64,000 nt of DNA from IMG/VR virus record IMGVR_UViG_3300032086_004057, positions 1 to 64,000 of that record; one strand, written 5' to 3'. This DNA comes from a virus. Its lineage: Duplodnaviria > Caudoviricetes. The position numbers were made by a program, and so were the translations under genes. This document shows positions 54,351 to 64,000 of this stretch, piece by piece (within the stretch, counting starts at the first letter, position 1; every line of letters starts with the position of its first letter). The notes under the pieces were generated by a model. The model did not search any database. It saw nothing but the letters and a program-made list of their open reading frames with translations, and had not been told where the DNA came from.

Positions 54351-55064
54351 ATGGATAAAATTAAATCTCTTTCAAGAGACAAAAACGGTTTAGTTTCAGG
54401 TGTAGATTATATTTTCGACGAAAGTGGTTTAATCGATTGGAGAAAGATGATTAAGCCAGAGTTTCTGGTTCCGAATAGAGATAGGACTAATGAAACAGAC
54501 GTATCTAAGCTCAAAGATCACGAGTTGATTATTCTGCTTGGTGGTATTAAAGAACTTGCTCAAATTAGAGGGTATACTGATGTTAGCTACGATGTCACCT
54601 GCCCTAGCTCAGATTATGTAATTGCGACTTGCAAAATTACTTGGACTCCAAATTACGAAACAGAAGGTAAAGAGGTTTCATTTTCGTCTGTAGCTGACGC
54701 CTCTCCTCACAATACAAATGAATTTGGCCAAATCTTTTTAGCTGCTTGCGCTGAAAACAGAGCTTTTGTTAGGTGCGTGAGAAATTTTCTTAGAATCAAT
54801 GTTGTCAGCAAAGAAGAGTTAAAGCTAGACTCTTCAAATAAATTTACCGCAACTAAACCAACCGCCTCAAATCAAGAGCATAACGCTGATGGACCCCACC
54901 TAATCCTCTCTAAGACAATGAGAGATAAAGGTGTATCTTTCGAAATAGTTAAAACAAAATTAGTTGAAGAAAACTTTAAGGACGCTGACACATTTGAAAA
55001 TGTATCTGACATTCCTAAAAGTAAAGTGTTTGAACTGATTGATAGACTTAAAAAGATCAAATGA
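54351..55064 (+). CDS. Rad52/Sak-like single-strand annealing protein
   Basis: LGGIKELAQIRG, IATCKITW and AACAENRAFVRCVRNFL. Confidence 0.65.
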   Translation: MDKIKSLSRDKNGLVSGVDYIFDESGLIDWRKMIKPEFLVPNRDRTNETDVSKLKDHELIILLGGIKELAQIRGYTDVSYDVTCPSSDYVIATCKITWTPNYETEGKEVSFSSVADASPHNTNEFGQIFLAACAENRAFVRCVRNFLRINVVSKEELKLDSSNKFTATKPTASNQEHNADGPHLILSKTMRDKGVSFEIVKTKLVEENFKDADTFENVSDIPKSKVFELIDRLKKIK

Positions 55065-55645
55065 AGAAAAGTATTATCATTTTAATTCTTGCGGTTAATC
55101 TATCTTTAGCCGCCACTTTTCAATTTAAGGACGGGACTGTAGTAAATGGTGAAATCTTTGAGGAGCCATTTAGTATCGCCAATCCGTCTCCTACTGGAAT
55201 TTTTTTAAAAGTAAATGGTAAATTTTATTTACACCACTATCCATCCAAAGTTCTTAAAAAAGAAGTAATTATTGACCACGGTAATGGTACATACACAATC
55301 AAAGAAGAGAATGAAATTGTCCCAACTCCAGCACCTCCCGAAGCGGGAGAAATGAACCCGTATCAATTACCAAACTGTGTTCCAGCTAGAATTAATTTCA
55401 TTCACTTTTCGCCCAAAACCCTTAACGATTTATACAAATACTATTTCGCAAGAACCGCATACTTTAAAAAAGTAAATAACCCTCTAGAGTTTCGCAATAA
55501 TAAAAATATTGCTCTTGGAATTTACAAGGCTGCTTACTCAAAAAAATATAAGCTCAATTCTCCTAAATTAAGCTCAGAATGGAAAGCAAAAGTAAACAAA
55601 GAGTATGGAAAAATTCCGTCCAGCGTTACTTGGTTTGGTAACTAA
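55061..55645 (+). CDS. secreted hypothetical protein (Sec signal peptide)
   Basis: MKKSIIILILAVNLSLA-ATF. Confidence 0.6.
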   Translation: MKKSIIILILAVNLSLAATFQFKDGTVVNGEIFEEPFSIANPSPTGIFLKVNGKFYLHHYPSKVLKKEVIIDHGNGTYTIKEENEIVPTPAPPEAGEMNPYQLPNCVPARINFIHFSPKTLNDLYKYYFARTAYFKKVNNPLEFRNNKNIALGIYKAAYSKKYKLNSPKLSSEWKAKVNKEYGKIPSSVTWFGN

Positions 55646-58600
55646 AGCTTTGATTGATTCCAAAAGTCGTTGTTATGATCAGCTTGCTCCTTAGTCTTTG
55701 GAGTAAACCTTACACCCTTTAATCCTTTTCTTATGCCACTTAGTTTCACGGTAACTTCTTCAGGTATATTACCTGAGAACGTAATTATTAATTTATTTTC
55801 TTTTACTTTAACCCCACATAGAGCGGGTTCCGTAGTGGTATAACTCACAGCTTTGATTGAGTTTTGCTCGCATACAAAAACGAACTCTGGATCAATTTCT
55901 TGCTCTATTTTAAGTCTCCCGTTAGCCTTTATAGATACAACGTCTTCGAATCTTACATCAGGAGATTCTACACAATACAAATCTACATATTGACCGCTAA
56001 CGCTTTCAACTATGGCCGTTTTAATCGGGTCTCCCGCTTGAGAACTTACATTTCTTACTTCGTCTTCAAAAGTGAAGCCTGACGAATCCCAGCTACTACT
56101 GGATACATAAGCCCATACTGGTGTCGCGCCATAGCTCGTTAAAACTTGACCGTTTTCACCTTCAGTTTCACCCCCTGAACCGTCACTAGCGACAATTCTA
56201 CAACCAGCGGCTGGGTCTATTACCTGCCCAGCTAAATGTATACCTGAACCCGCATTGATATGCATGTTCGCGCCAACATTAAGCTCGGTGTCTGTTATAG
56301 TTACCCCTACATTTACCACGTATGGTAGGTCTGTTGACCCTTGAGCGTCACCCGTAACCCCCAAGTATAAACCATGAACACCATCTAAAGTCCATCTATC
56401 ATCGTAAAATATTACTGCTTGAGGCTGTGGTAAATCTCCGTTTCCACTTGGGTAAGCATCTCTATGCAGGTAAATGTGAGGTCTAAAATCAGAATCGTAT
56501 GAGGTGTTGCCGCTTTCGTTCTTACAGGCGAATATATTTATACCATTTCCTGTAACATTGTACAAATCTACAGCACGATCAGAGTTGCTCCCAACGCTCA
56601 CCGTGGGATATCTATCTGCTGCTAAACCCTGAGCAAATTGACCTCCAGCTAAAGAATTTCTTTTAATTACTTTATTGCTATCAACTACTAAAACATCAGT
56701 CGCGTTAGAGTCGGTTGATATACAATCCAAGTAAACATCACCACTAAAGTGATGATTGTTTGAGCACTCGGCTCCGAAGAACGAATCCCCAGAAGAGAAT
56801 AAAGTAGTTCCTGCTTGACCAATATTTAAAGTCCCAACGTCGCCACCGAAATTTATAGTACCTGGTGTATTTGCTCCAGCCTGATCAAGTATGTTTACGA
56901 TAGGAGACGTTGAAGTGATATCAAAAGCTGAAGTGTTACGTAAACCTAATACAGCCCCGCTGAAAACATGCTGATCGATGTTAGAATCACCAAACTGGGT
57001 ATGACCCAGACCCGTTATATTACCCGTTACCAACAAGCTGCCAGCGGTATATATATCTCCGCAGTCTTGATTTATATCCCCTGATACATAATGGATATTG
57101 CTGCACGGGCCTTCCCCAAATGCTTTACCTTGAACGCCTTGAACTCCTTGAGCACCATTATTACCTTGATTACCTTGATTACCTTGAGCTCCAGCGTCTC
57201 CTTGATTACCTTGAGCACCATTATTTCCAGCGGCACCTTGATTGCCTTGAGCGCCGTTATTTCCAGCGACACCTTGTCTACCTTGGGCACCTTGATCGCC
57301 ATCTGATGGACCTTGAATGCCCTGAACTCCTTGATAACCTTGATTACCTTGATTACCTTGAGCTCCAGCGTTACCTTGATTGCCTTGAGCGCCATTATTA
57401 CCAGCGGTACCTTGTCTGCCTTGAGCACCTTGAGCGCCGTTATTCCCAGCGGCACCTTGAGCACCATTATTACCAGCGACACCTTGTCTGCCTTGAGCAC
57501 CTTGGTCTCCATCTGATGGACCTTGAACACCCTGAACTCCTTGAGCTCCTTGATTGCCTTGATTACCTTGAGCACCATTATTACCAGCAACGCCTTGTCT
57601 ACCTTGAGCACCTTGGTCTCCATCTGATGGGCCTTGAACGCCCTGAACTCCTTGAGCTCCTTGATTACCTTGATTACCTTGAGCACCATTATTACCAGCA
57701 ACGCCTTGTCTGCCTTGAGCACCTTGATCTCCATCTGATGGACCTTGAACCCCTTGAACACCTTGGATACCTTGAACGCCTTGTGTACCTTGTCTACCTT
57801 GAGCACCTTGGTCTCCATCAGATGGACCTTGCACACCTTGAATACCTTGAACGCCTTGTGTACCTTGATTGCCTTGGTTACCTTGGTTACCTTGGTTACC
57901 TTGAGCGCCCCCAGCGCCCGCAGCACCTTGAGCGCCGTTATTTCCAGCGACACCTTGTCTGCCTTGAGCACCTTGGTCGCCATCTGATGGACCTTGAACT
58001 CCCTGTCTGCCTTGTGCGCCTTGGGCTCCTTGATTACCTTGATCGCCTTGAGCTCCCGCAACTCCTTGATTACCTTGGTTACCCTGATTACCTTGGTTTC
58101 CTTGGTTACCCTGATTACCTTTAACGCCTTGAGACCCTTGATTACCCTGAGAGCCTGTAGAACCTTGAGCTCCTTGGTCTCCGTCAGATGGACCTTGAAC
58201 GCCCTGAACTCCTTGAGCTCCTTGATTACCTTGATTACCTTGATTACCTTGAGCTCCAGCGTCTCCTTGATTACCTTGAGCACCATTATTTCCAGCGGCA
58301 CCTTGATTGCCTTGAGCGCCGTTATTTCCAGCGACACCTTGTCTACCTTGGGCACCTTGATCGCCATCTGATGGACCTTGTACACCCTGAGTACCCTGAA
58401 CACCTTGAGCACCTTGATCTCCATCAGATGGACCTTGCACACCTTGGATGCCTTGGATACCTTGGATACCTTGAACCCCCTGAATACCTTGGTTACCTTG
58501 GTTACCTTGGTTACCTTGGGCTCCGTTTACACCAGAGACGCCTTGTCTGCCTTGGGCACCTTGATTTCCTTGGTTGCCTTGTCTACCTTGAGCACCTTGG

Positions 58601-61600
58601 TCTCCATCTGGTGGGCCTTGAACGCCCTGAACTCCTTGAGCTCCTTGATTGCCTTGATTACCTTGGTCTCCTTGAGGCCCGTCGTTACCTTGGCTACCTT
58701 GACTTCCTTGATTCCCTTGATTGCCCTGAGACCCTGTGGCCCCTTGGTTTCCTTGGGCACCTTGATTACCATTGTCCCCTTGAGCTCCTTGATTGCCTTG
58801 ATTACCTTGGTTACCTTGAGCACCTTGGTCTCCATCTGATGGACCTTGAACCCCTTGAACCCCTTGAACACCTTGAGCGCCTTGATCTCCATCAGATGGA
58901 CCTTGTACACCTTGGATACCTTGGATGCCTTGAATTCCCTGAGTGCCTTGGGCTCCAGCACTACCTTGATTGCCCTGAGCACCTTGATTGCCCTGAGCAC
59001 CTTGATTGCCCTGAGCACCTTGATAGCCTTGATAACCTTGTTCGCCTTGATAGCCTTGATAACCTTGGACACAGCTACCTTTGCATATTGTTATGTCTTC
59101 AGTAGTGTCTATGTTAGCGAAAATTGCATTACCATTAACAAAAACTTCAGTGCTAGAAATCTCAATTTCAGCGTCCACCTGAACGACTTCACTTGGCGTG
59201 GCGTTTGTCGTAAATCTTACGCAGACATTTTCTCCGTGAACCCAGTTTGATTTACTAGATAAAATTTCTAATCTATTATCGTTTAGCTTGTTGTAGCCAG
59301 CGGTAAAATACGACAAACAAGATGATGTCCCTTGATGCCCTTGGTAACCTTGATACCCTTGATGACCCTGATCACCTTTAGGTGGACAAGGACCATGACA
59401 AAATAAGAAGCCAGCCGTTTTATCCGCAGTTATATTTGCGTATTCTGAATCAAAAGTAACGAGCCACGAATTACTTTGCCCATTATTATTCGGACCTTTG
59501 AGTGCGCCCTGTACTAATTCATAAACTGTTGCAGAACCATTCTCTTGTTGAGAAAGGCTTACACAAACTTTTAATCCATTGACTGAATCATGCGGCCAAC
59601 ATTGACTTGTAAAAGGGGTTAAAGAAGCATCTGCAAAAGATATTTCTCCCGCAGAAACACTTATATTAGAACTATCGACAATATACTCGCACGCAGGGCA
59701 TCCTGAAAGACCTTGATAACCTTGATACCCTTGATAACCTTGATAACCTTGATAACCTTGATAACCTTGGTGGCCCTGATGACCCTGATACCCTTGGTAT
59801 CCTTGATGACCTTGATAACCTTGGTGGCCCTGATGCCCCTGATACCCTTGGTATCCTTGATAACCTTGATACCCTTGGTACCCTTGGTGTCCTTGATAAC
59901 CTTGGTACCCTTGGTGTCCTTGATAACCTTGATACCCTTGATAACCTTGGTGGCCTTGATAGCCTTGGTGACCTTGATATCCTTGATACCCTTGGTAACC
60001 TTGGTAACCTTGATAACCTTGGTAACCCTGATAACCTTGGTAACCCTGATAACCTTGGTACCCTTGGTAGCCTTGATTCCCCGCTTCGCTACAAACACCG
60101 TGGCAAACAGTAATAGGGTAAGCACTATAATCTACATCCACTACTGATACTGTAGTACCAGTTACATAAAGGTCGCCAAAATCATCAACATCAATACCTC
60201 CGTTTACTTTTATTTTTTCGCCGTCATAATTATACCCGTGAAGACAAACGTTTTCACCACTTCTCCAGTCTATTGCAACTTGCGCGGTATCTGGGAAGTA
60301 AAGTACATTAGTTATTGACGGGTTTGCATCAGGTGAGAATTGTTCATTTGGGAATCCTGAGTAACTAACACACGCGGAAATACCTTGATAACCTTGGTAG
60401 CCTTGGTAGCCTTGGCCTTGGTAGCCTTGATAACCCTGAAAACCTTGATACCCTTGGTTGCCTTGAAGACAATCATCAGCATCAACACCAGATATACCTG
60501 GCATGGGATTATCAAGCGCGTTGCAAAAAGCAGTTGCTTCACCTGTTGTTCCAAAAATAAAGTGTTCTTGCCCATCTTGTTCATCTGGCTGCTGTAAATT
60601 CGCCTCTACTGTCCAACGTGTGTTACTATCAGTAGTACCATTCCAGTTTACCCAAACTGATACGTATGGCTTTATAAGTGCTGTTACCTCATCTATGGTA
60701 ACTCCAGTTGTAAGAGGCCCAGAGCCATCTCTTGCGGGTGCCCAAGAATCAGTTGGATCACTATCACCACGACTTATATTGAGTAATATATCAGCAGCAT
60801 CAATACAATTTGTAATCGGCTGTTTAACATGATCAGGAGGAGCACCAGTTCTGCACGGGTCATCTGCGGTTAACGTTCTTACGTAATCAATGTCCGAATT
60901 AACTATCGTAATCCAATCAGGTACAGATTGGGGATTAAAAGTAACGTTTAACGTGCCACTATTGCAAACAGAAAGACCAAAATCAAAATCATAAACTACA
61001 GCCTCATCGCTAGACCCACCTGCGCTCGTGTCTTGAGTGGAGCAATCGTTTGTGCACTGATAACAACCTACGCTTGATACACCGCCAGACGGACCTTGAA
61101 CGCCTTCAATTCCTTGATACCCTTGATACCCCTGATGACCTGCACCAGCACCAGAAACTCCTCCGCCTTTTAATACTGGTGTAGAAAGTAATTTATACGA
61201 ATAAATTAAAGCATCGCTTTGATTTTCTGGGGCTGGACTATAGTTAGCGCCATATTTTTCTACAGCTTGTCTTACGTTGCTAGAAGCGTATTTGCCACCA
61301 GTATGCTCAATTGGCGCGTTGTATTTTACGCATTGAAGTTTCGCCCCGTTCAATAAAGGAGCAACAAACTCTTGGCTGTATACCCCGAATGCCACTTCGG
61401 TTTCATTTATTAATAGAGAATCCCCGTTTGCCCCTGTTACTTTTAAAAGATTTTCCCTGAAAGCATTTTCAGGTTTTTCAATTACATAAAAATTATTATC
61501 TTTTTCTCTTTTACCTATAAAAAATGTACTTAATTGATTTAAATCGCTGCTGCTAGTTGTAGTAAAAGAATACTTAGTTCCACCATCTTTATTATCGTCT

Positions 61601-61674
61601 AAACCAACAAGAATAAGCTCCTCTGTTTCAGCAGGAAGCTGTGTAATTTCTGGTATTATAATCGGTCTTGACAT
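55642..61674 (-). CDS. collagen-like (Gly-X-Gln) tail fibre/spike protein
   Basis: Long [15 protein letters not shown] tracts interrupted by Cys-flanked globular domains; C-terminal [20 protein letters not shown] domain. Confidence 0.85.
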   Translation of the reverse strand: MSRPIIIPEITQLPAETEELILVGLDDNKDGGTKYSFTTTSSSDLNQLSTFFIGKREKDNNFYVIEKPENAFRENLLKVTGANGDSLLINETEVAFGVYSQEFVAPLLNGAKLQCVKYNAPIEHTGGKYASSNVRQAVEKYGANYSPAPENQSDALIYSYKLLSTPVLKGGGVSGAGAGHQGYQGYQGIEGVQGPSGGVSSVGCYQCTNDCSTQDTSAGGSSDEAVVYDFDFGLSVCNSGTLNVTFNPQSVPDWITIVNSDIDYVRTLTADDPCRTGAPPDHVKQPITNCIDAADILLNISRGDSDPTDSWAPARDGSGPLTTGVTIDEVTALIKPYVSVWVNWNGTTDSNTRWTVEANLQQPDEQDGQEHFIFGTTGEATAFCNALDNPMPGISGVDADDCLQGNQGYQGFQGYQGYQGQGYQGYQGYQGISACVSYSGFPNEQFSPDANPSITNVLYFPDTAQVAIDWRSGENVCLHGYNYDGEKIKVNGGIDVDDFGDLYVTGTTVSVVDVDYSAYPITVCHGVCSEAGNQGYQGYQGYQGYQGYQGYQGYQGYQGYQGYQGYQGHQGYQGHQGYQGYQGYQGHQGYQGYQGHQGYQGYQGYQGYQGYQGHQGHQGYQGHQGYQGYQGHQGHQGYQGYQGYQGYQGYQGYQGLSGCPACEYIVDSSNISVSAGEISFADASLTPFTSQCWPHDSVNGLKVCVSLSQQENGSATVYELVQGALKGPNNNGQSNSWLVTFDSEYANITADKTAGFLFCHGPCPPKGDQGHQGYQGYQGHQGTSSCLSYFTAGYNKLNDNRLEILSSKSNWVHGENVCVRFTTNATPSEVVQVDAEIEISSTEVFVNGNAIFANIDTTEDITICKGSCVQGYQGYQGEQGYQGYQGAQGNQGAQGNQGAQGNQGSAGAQGTQGIQGIQGIQGVQGPSDGDQGAQGVQGVQGVQGPSDGDQGAQGNQGNQGNQGAQGDNGNQGAQGNQGATGSQGNQGNQGSQGSQGNDGPQGDQGNQGNQGAQGVQGVQGPPDGDQGAQGRQGNQGNQGAQGRQGVSGVNGAQGNQGNQGNQGIQGVQGIQGIQGIQGVQGPSDGDQGAQGVQGTQGVQGPSDGDQGAQGRQGVAGNNGAQGNQGAAGNNGAQGNQGDAGAQGNQGNQGNQGAQGVQGVQGPSDGDQGAQGSTGSQGNQGSQGVKGNQGNQGNQGNQGNQGNQGVAGAQGDQGNQGAQGAQGRQGVQGPSDGDQGAQGRQGVAGNNGAQGAAGAGGAQGNQGNQGNQGNQGTQGVQGIQGVQGPSDGDQGAQGRQGTQGVQGIQGVQGVQGPSDGDQGAQGRQGVAGNNGAQGNQGNQGAQGVQGVQGPSDGDQGAQGRQGVAGNNGAQGNQGNQGAQGVQGVQGPSDGDQGAQGRQGVAGNNGAQGAAGNNGAQGAQGRQGTAGNNGAQGNQGNAGAQGNQGNQGYQGVQGIQGPSDGDQGAQGRQGVAGNNGAQGNQGAAGNNGAQGNQGDAGAQGNQGNQGNNGAQGVQGVQGKAFGEGPCSNIHYVSGDINQDCGDIYTAGSLLVTGNITGLGHTQFGDSNIDQHVFSGAVLGLRNTSAFDITSTSPIVNILDQAGANTPGTINFGGDVGTLNIGQAGTTLFSSGDSFFGAECSNNHHFSGDVYLDCISTDSNATDVLVVDSNKVIKRNSLAGGQFAQGLAADRYPTVSVGSNSDRAVDLYNVTGNGINIFACKNESGNTSYDSDFRPHIYLHRDAYPSGNGDLPQPQAVIFYDDRWTLDGVHGLYLGVTGDAQGSTDLPYVVNVGVTITDTELNVGANMHINAGSGIHLAGQVIDPAAGCRIVASDGSGGETEGENGQVLTSYGATPVWAYVSSSSWDSSGFTFEDEVRNVSSQAGDPIKTAIVESVSGQYVDLYCVESPDVRFEDVVSIKANGRLKIEQEIDPEFVFVCEQNSIKAVSYTTTEPALCGVKVKENKLIITFSGNIPEEVTVKLSGIRKGLKGVRFTPKTKEQADHNNDFWNQSKL
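57160..57315 (-). repeat. about 156-bp exact direct repeat within the fibre gene (second copy at 58225-58380)
   Basis: Direct sequence comparison; offset 1065 bp (in frame). Confidence 0.85.
59700..60075 (-). repeat. 9-bp GG(N)-YAY-CAR tandem tract encoding GYQ/GHQ
   Basis: About 40 consecutive triplets. Confidence 0.9.
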
Positions 61675-61682
61675 TTCTTAAA

Positions 61683-63539
61683 TTATTTTACTCCAGTTAT
61701 ATATCCAGTTCTTGAGAAATTTCCACTTCCACTAGCTACTAATATTGCGGTAATAGGAAACACATCAAAGTAATTAGTATTAGCGATTGCAGCCACGAGT
61801 TGGTCTTGCGTGCCTATACTTATCTGTGTATCCTGCCTAAAAGCGTAAAGACCACCAGTATAAGATAATTTATCGACGCTTATTTGTCCATTTTGTCTAA
61901 AATTATAAAAAGAATCCCCTGATCCAGTTAATAAATTAAATACACCAGTAAAATCTTTTGTGTAATTACCAAATACCCCAGAAGTCGAAGCGCCAGAAGA
62001 CATTACCGCAGAACCAGAAAAGCCAGTTGGTAAAACAGCCGCCCCAGAGCCACTTGCGGCTGGATTACCACCTGAAAAGGTCACGGTAGGAACCCCAGTG
62101 TAACCAGAGCCTCCTGAAATTAAAGTTACTCCAGTTATTCTTTGACCAAATCCATCTGTGAACCCCGTTAAAGCTTGAAAGCTTGCACCAGAGCCTCCTC
62201 CTCCTTCAATCAAAACAGTTGGAGTTTCAGTGTAGCCGCTTCCAGAAAAATTTATATTAATCCCACTTAAACCAGGTTCTAAAGTAATTTGGGGTATCCC
62301 AGAATAAGAGGAGCCTCCACTAATAATGTTTATAGAAGAAATTGATCCAGCACCGTCAACCGAAGCTGTTCCTGTAGCCTCTATCCCTCCGAATCTTTCA
62401 CCACTAAATTTTACAATCGGTGAACTAAAATAACCCGCCCCGCCATTTGTAATATCTACTGAATTAACTCCAGATAAAATTAAAATTTCAGTAGAGCTAT
62501 CGTAGCCACTTCCGCCATTAATTATATCAATTCCACTAAGTTGACCAAATGAATTTATTTGCCCAGAAACTACAGCACCGCTCCCACTACCACTTACTAA
62601 TATAGTTGGTGGCTCTATACTTGAATAGTTAACGCCAGAGCTAAGTATTTCCACCCCTGTAAGCGCCCCCTCGATATCACCAGTAAAACCACTTTCATAA
62701 GATAAAGTAAACTTTAAAGGTAAACCAGTAGCAAGACTACTTGTACCAGTGTATAAATTATGAGTTGCTAAAAATTGCCCAGTTTTTTCGGTAAGAGCTC
62801 TTGAGCCAGATAGATCAAGAAGGTTTTCTTGCTCTTCTAGTAATAGTGAGGGTTCATAAAACGGAGTGGTCCCAGAAACAGTAAATTGATTAGTGGATTC
62901 TCCAAAGCTCGTAAAAAGAGTAACATCAAAAGTGTAGACCGACTGATTCTGAATGCCGCTTATGCCGCTTATCAAAAAATTCCCAGTTCCCAATATTCCA
63001 GTGGAAATGGAAGTATCTATCGAAAATAATCCAGTGCTATTGCTAGATAATATTTCCCCAGAAAAAATATCAAACTTTCCTAAATCAGCGTTGTTCGCTG
63101 TGACTGTTCCAGTTATTACTCCGCTGTTCCCAACTGCGGTATCAAAAGATATTGCTTCTATTACGGTTTGATCACCAGAACCATTTACAGTCAACGTTTG
63201 AAGGTCGAATTCGCAACCAGTGCAATCAATAAAAAATCTATCTACATCAAAATCTGCTTTAGTTCCACTAAAGTTGATTCTTTCGTCATTAATAAAATAA
63301 TTATAATTATCTTTATTTACAGTTGCATCTATTCTAAATTGACCAGTGTTATAAGAAGAAACGTAATTATTATTTGGGTCAATTATTCTGCCCTCATCGA
63401 AATTGAATTCAAACTTCTGACTCTCTCCAGAAAAACCAAAAACGCTACTTCCCGTAGTGCTATTTATAGAAGCAGTTAAAGAAAAGTTATAATCACTTTT
63501 CTCTTGTATTTTTCTATATTTTTCTCCAGAAAAAATCAT
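61683..63539 (-). CDS. structural protein with Gly-rich beta repeats (baseplate/tail-associated)
   Basis: Repeated I..GSGY...PTV...GG.GSGA units typical of myovirus baseplate and tail proteins. Confidence 0.7.
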   Translation of the reverse strand: MIFSGEKYRKIQEKSDYNFSLTASINSTTGSSVFGFSGESQKFEFNFDEGRIIDPNNNYVSSYNTGQFRIDATVNKDNYNYFINDERINFSGTKADFDVDRFFIDCTGCEFDLQTLTVNGSGDQTVIEAISFDTAVGNSGVITGTVTANNADLGKFDIFSGEILSSNSTGLFSIDTSISTGILGTGNFLISGISGIQNQSVYTFDVTLFTSFGESTNQFTVSGTTPFYEPSLLLEEQENLLDLSGSRALTEKTGQFLATHNLYTGTSSLATGLPLKFTLSYESGFTGDIEGALTGVEILSSGVNYSSIEPPTILVSGSGSGAVVSGQINSFGQLSGIDIINGGSGYDSSTEILILSGVNSVDITNGGAGYFSSPIVKFSGERFGGIEATGTASVDGAGSISSINIISGGSSYSGIPQITLEPGLSGININFSGSGYTETPTVLIEGGGGSGASFQALTGFTDGFGQRITGVTLISGGSGYTGVPTVTFSGGNPAASGSGAAVLPTGFSGSAVMSSGASTSGVFGNYTKDFTGVFNLLTGSGDSFYNFRQNGQISVDKLSYTGGLYAFRQDTQISIGTQDQLVAAIANTNYFDVFPITAILVASGSGNFSRTGYITGVK

Positions 63540-64000
63540 GATCGTAAAATATTTCTAGAAAGTAATTTTGGCTCTATTTCCTGAGTAAATAAATCTTGAG
63601 CGGGTGGTTTAGCTGGCCTGTTTGTCCAAGAAGCTGTTGCACTCGAACCATTTTGATCAACTTTTGCGCTAAAGGATACTAAACCTTTTTGCACATTTAA
63701 GTACTGTCCTAAAGTGCCATAGTTTAAGCTACCAAAGTCAACTCTTACATTTTGCTTAGGAGATGAATGACCTAAAAGTTGAACATTTTTTCTTAGAAGC
63801 TCGTGATATTCCTCTATGGTTAAAAATCCAACCCCTTGTACATATATATTTGTTATAGTAATTACTTCGTTTGTTACAGGGTCTTTGCTGTTAAATATCG
63901 GGCTGTCTGTATCTAAATTATTTAACTCGATTTGAACCTCGCTAACATTACCAACCGAATGAAAGTCTTCAACTCTAGCACCTAAAAATTGTTCTACTTT
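63536..64000 (-). CDS. structural protein, 5' end outside the window
   Basis: Open frame from the window edge to ...EIEPKLLSRNILRS-TGA, overlapping the next ATG. Confidence 0.65.
   Translation of the reverse strand, partial: KVEQFLGARVEDFHSVGNVSEVQIELNNLDTDSPIFNSKDPVTNEVITITNIYVQGVGFLTIEEYHELLRKNVQLLGHSSPKQNVRVDFGSLNYGTLGQYLNVQKGLVSFSAKVDQNGSSATASWTNRPAKPPAQDLFTQEIEPKLLSRNILRS

Noticed and set aside
57100-60100. CRISPR-like periodic repeats
   Set aside because: The repeats are in-frame codon repeats without unique spacers, and no cas genes are present
57072-60597. Many long alternative-frame and antisense ORFs over the collagen gene
   Set aside because: They are shadow frames of 9-bp repeats that happen to lack stops, giving low-complexity translations with no independent signals
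1-64000. Stop-codon reassignment, as seen in some large phages
   Set aside because: Conserved enzymes are full length in code 11, and TAG and TGA both terminate genes at natural ends

Overview
This is a gene-dense, AT-rich segment of a large lytic-type tailed bacteriophage genome, read in the standard code (11), with no integrase, CRISPR array or IS element seen. Left of about 25.6 kb most genes are on the minus strand. They include small accessory ORFs, sigma70 and ECF sigma factors, ThyX, a DNA methyltransferase, dUTPase overlapping tRNA-Val, an HNH nuclease, PMM, UDP-glucose dehydrogenase, Hsp20 and dCMP deaminase. A plus-strand island at 4.7-7.5 kb carries an ATE1/Bpt-like transferase, a DUF1415-like protein, a PAP2 phosphatase, a SET protein and AdoMetDC. 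Right of the strand switch is a plus-strand block for replication, nucleotide metabolism and glycan synthesis. It holds NrdA, a class Ic-type NrdB, Gmd, Glf, an epimerase, about 8 glycosyltransferase-like genes, RecA, tmRNA, DnaB, primase, a split DnaE and a Rad52-like SSAP. The window ends with minus-strand structural genes, including a 2010-aa Gly-X-Gln collagen-like fibre. The highlights are: (1) a possible phage proteostasis kit, comprising an N-degron transferase, a tmRNA with a 31-residue tag, and a dut mRNA whose stop codon lies inside the tRNA; (2) three unannotated structured non-coding regions, the largest lying next to the strand switch; (3) a shared N-terminal leader on candidate virion-internal proteins; (4) a tyrosyl-radical-less RNR beta subunit; and (5) three promoter classes, including a sigma54-type promoter with an upstream inverted repeat on hsp20. 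All family calls come from motif recognition by eye. No database search or folding program was run.
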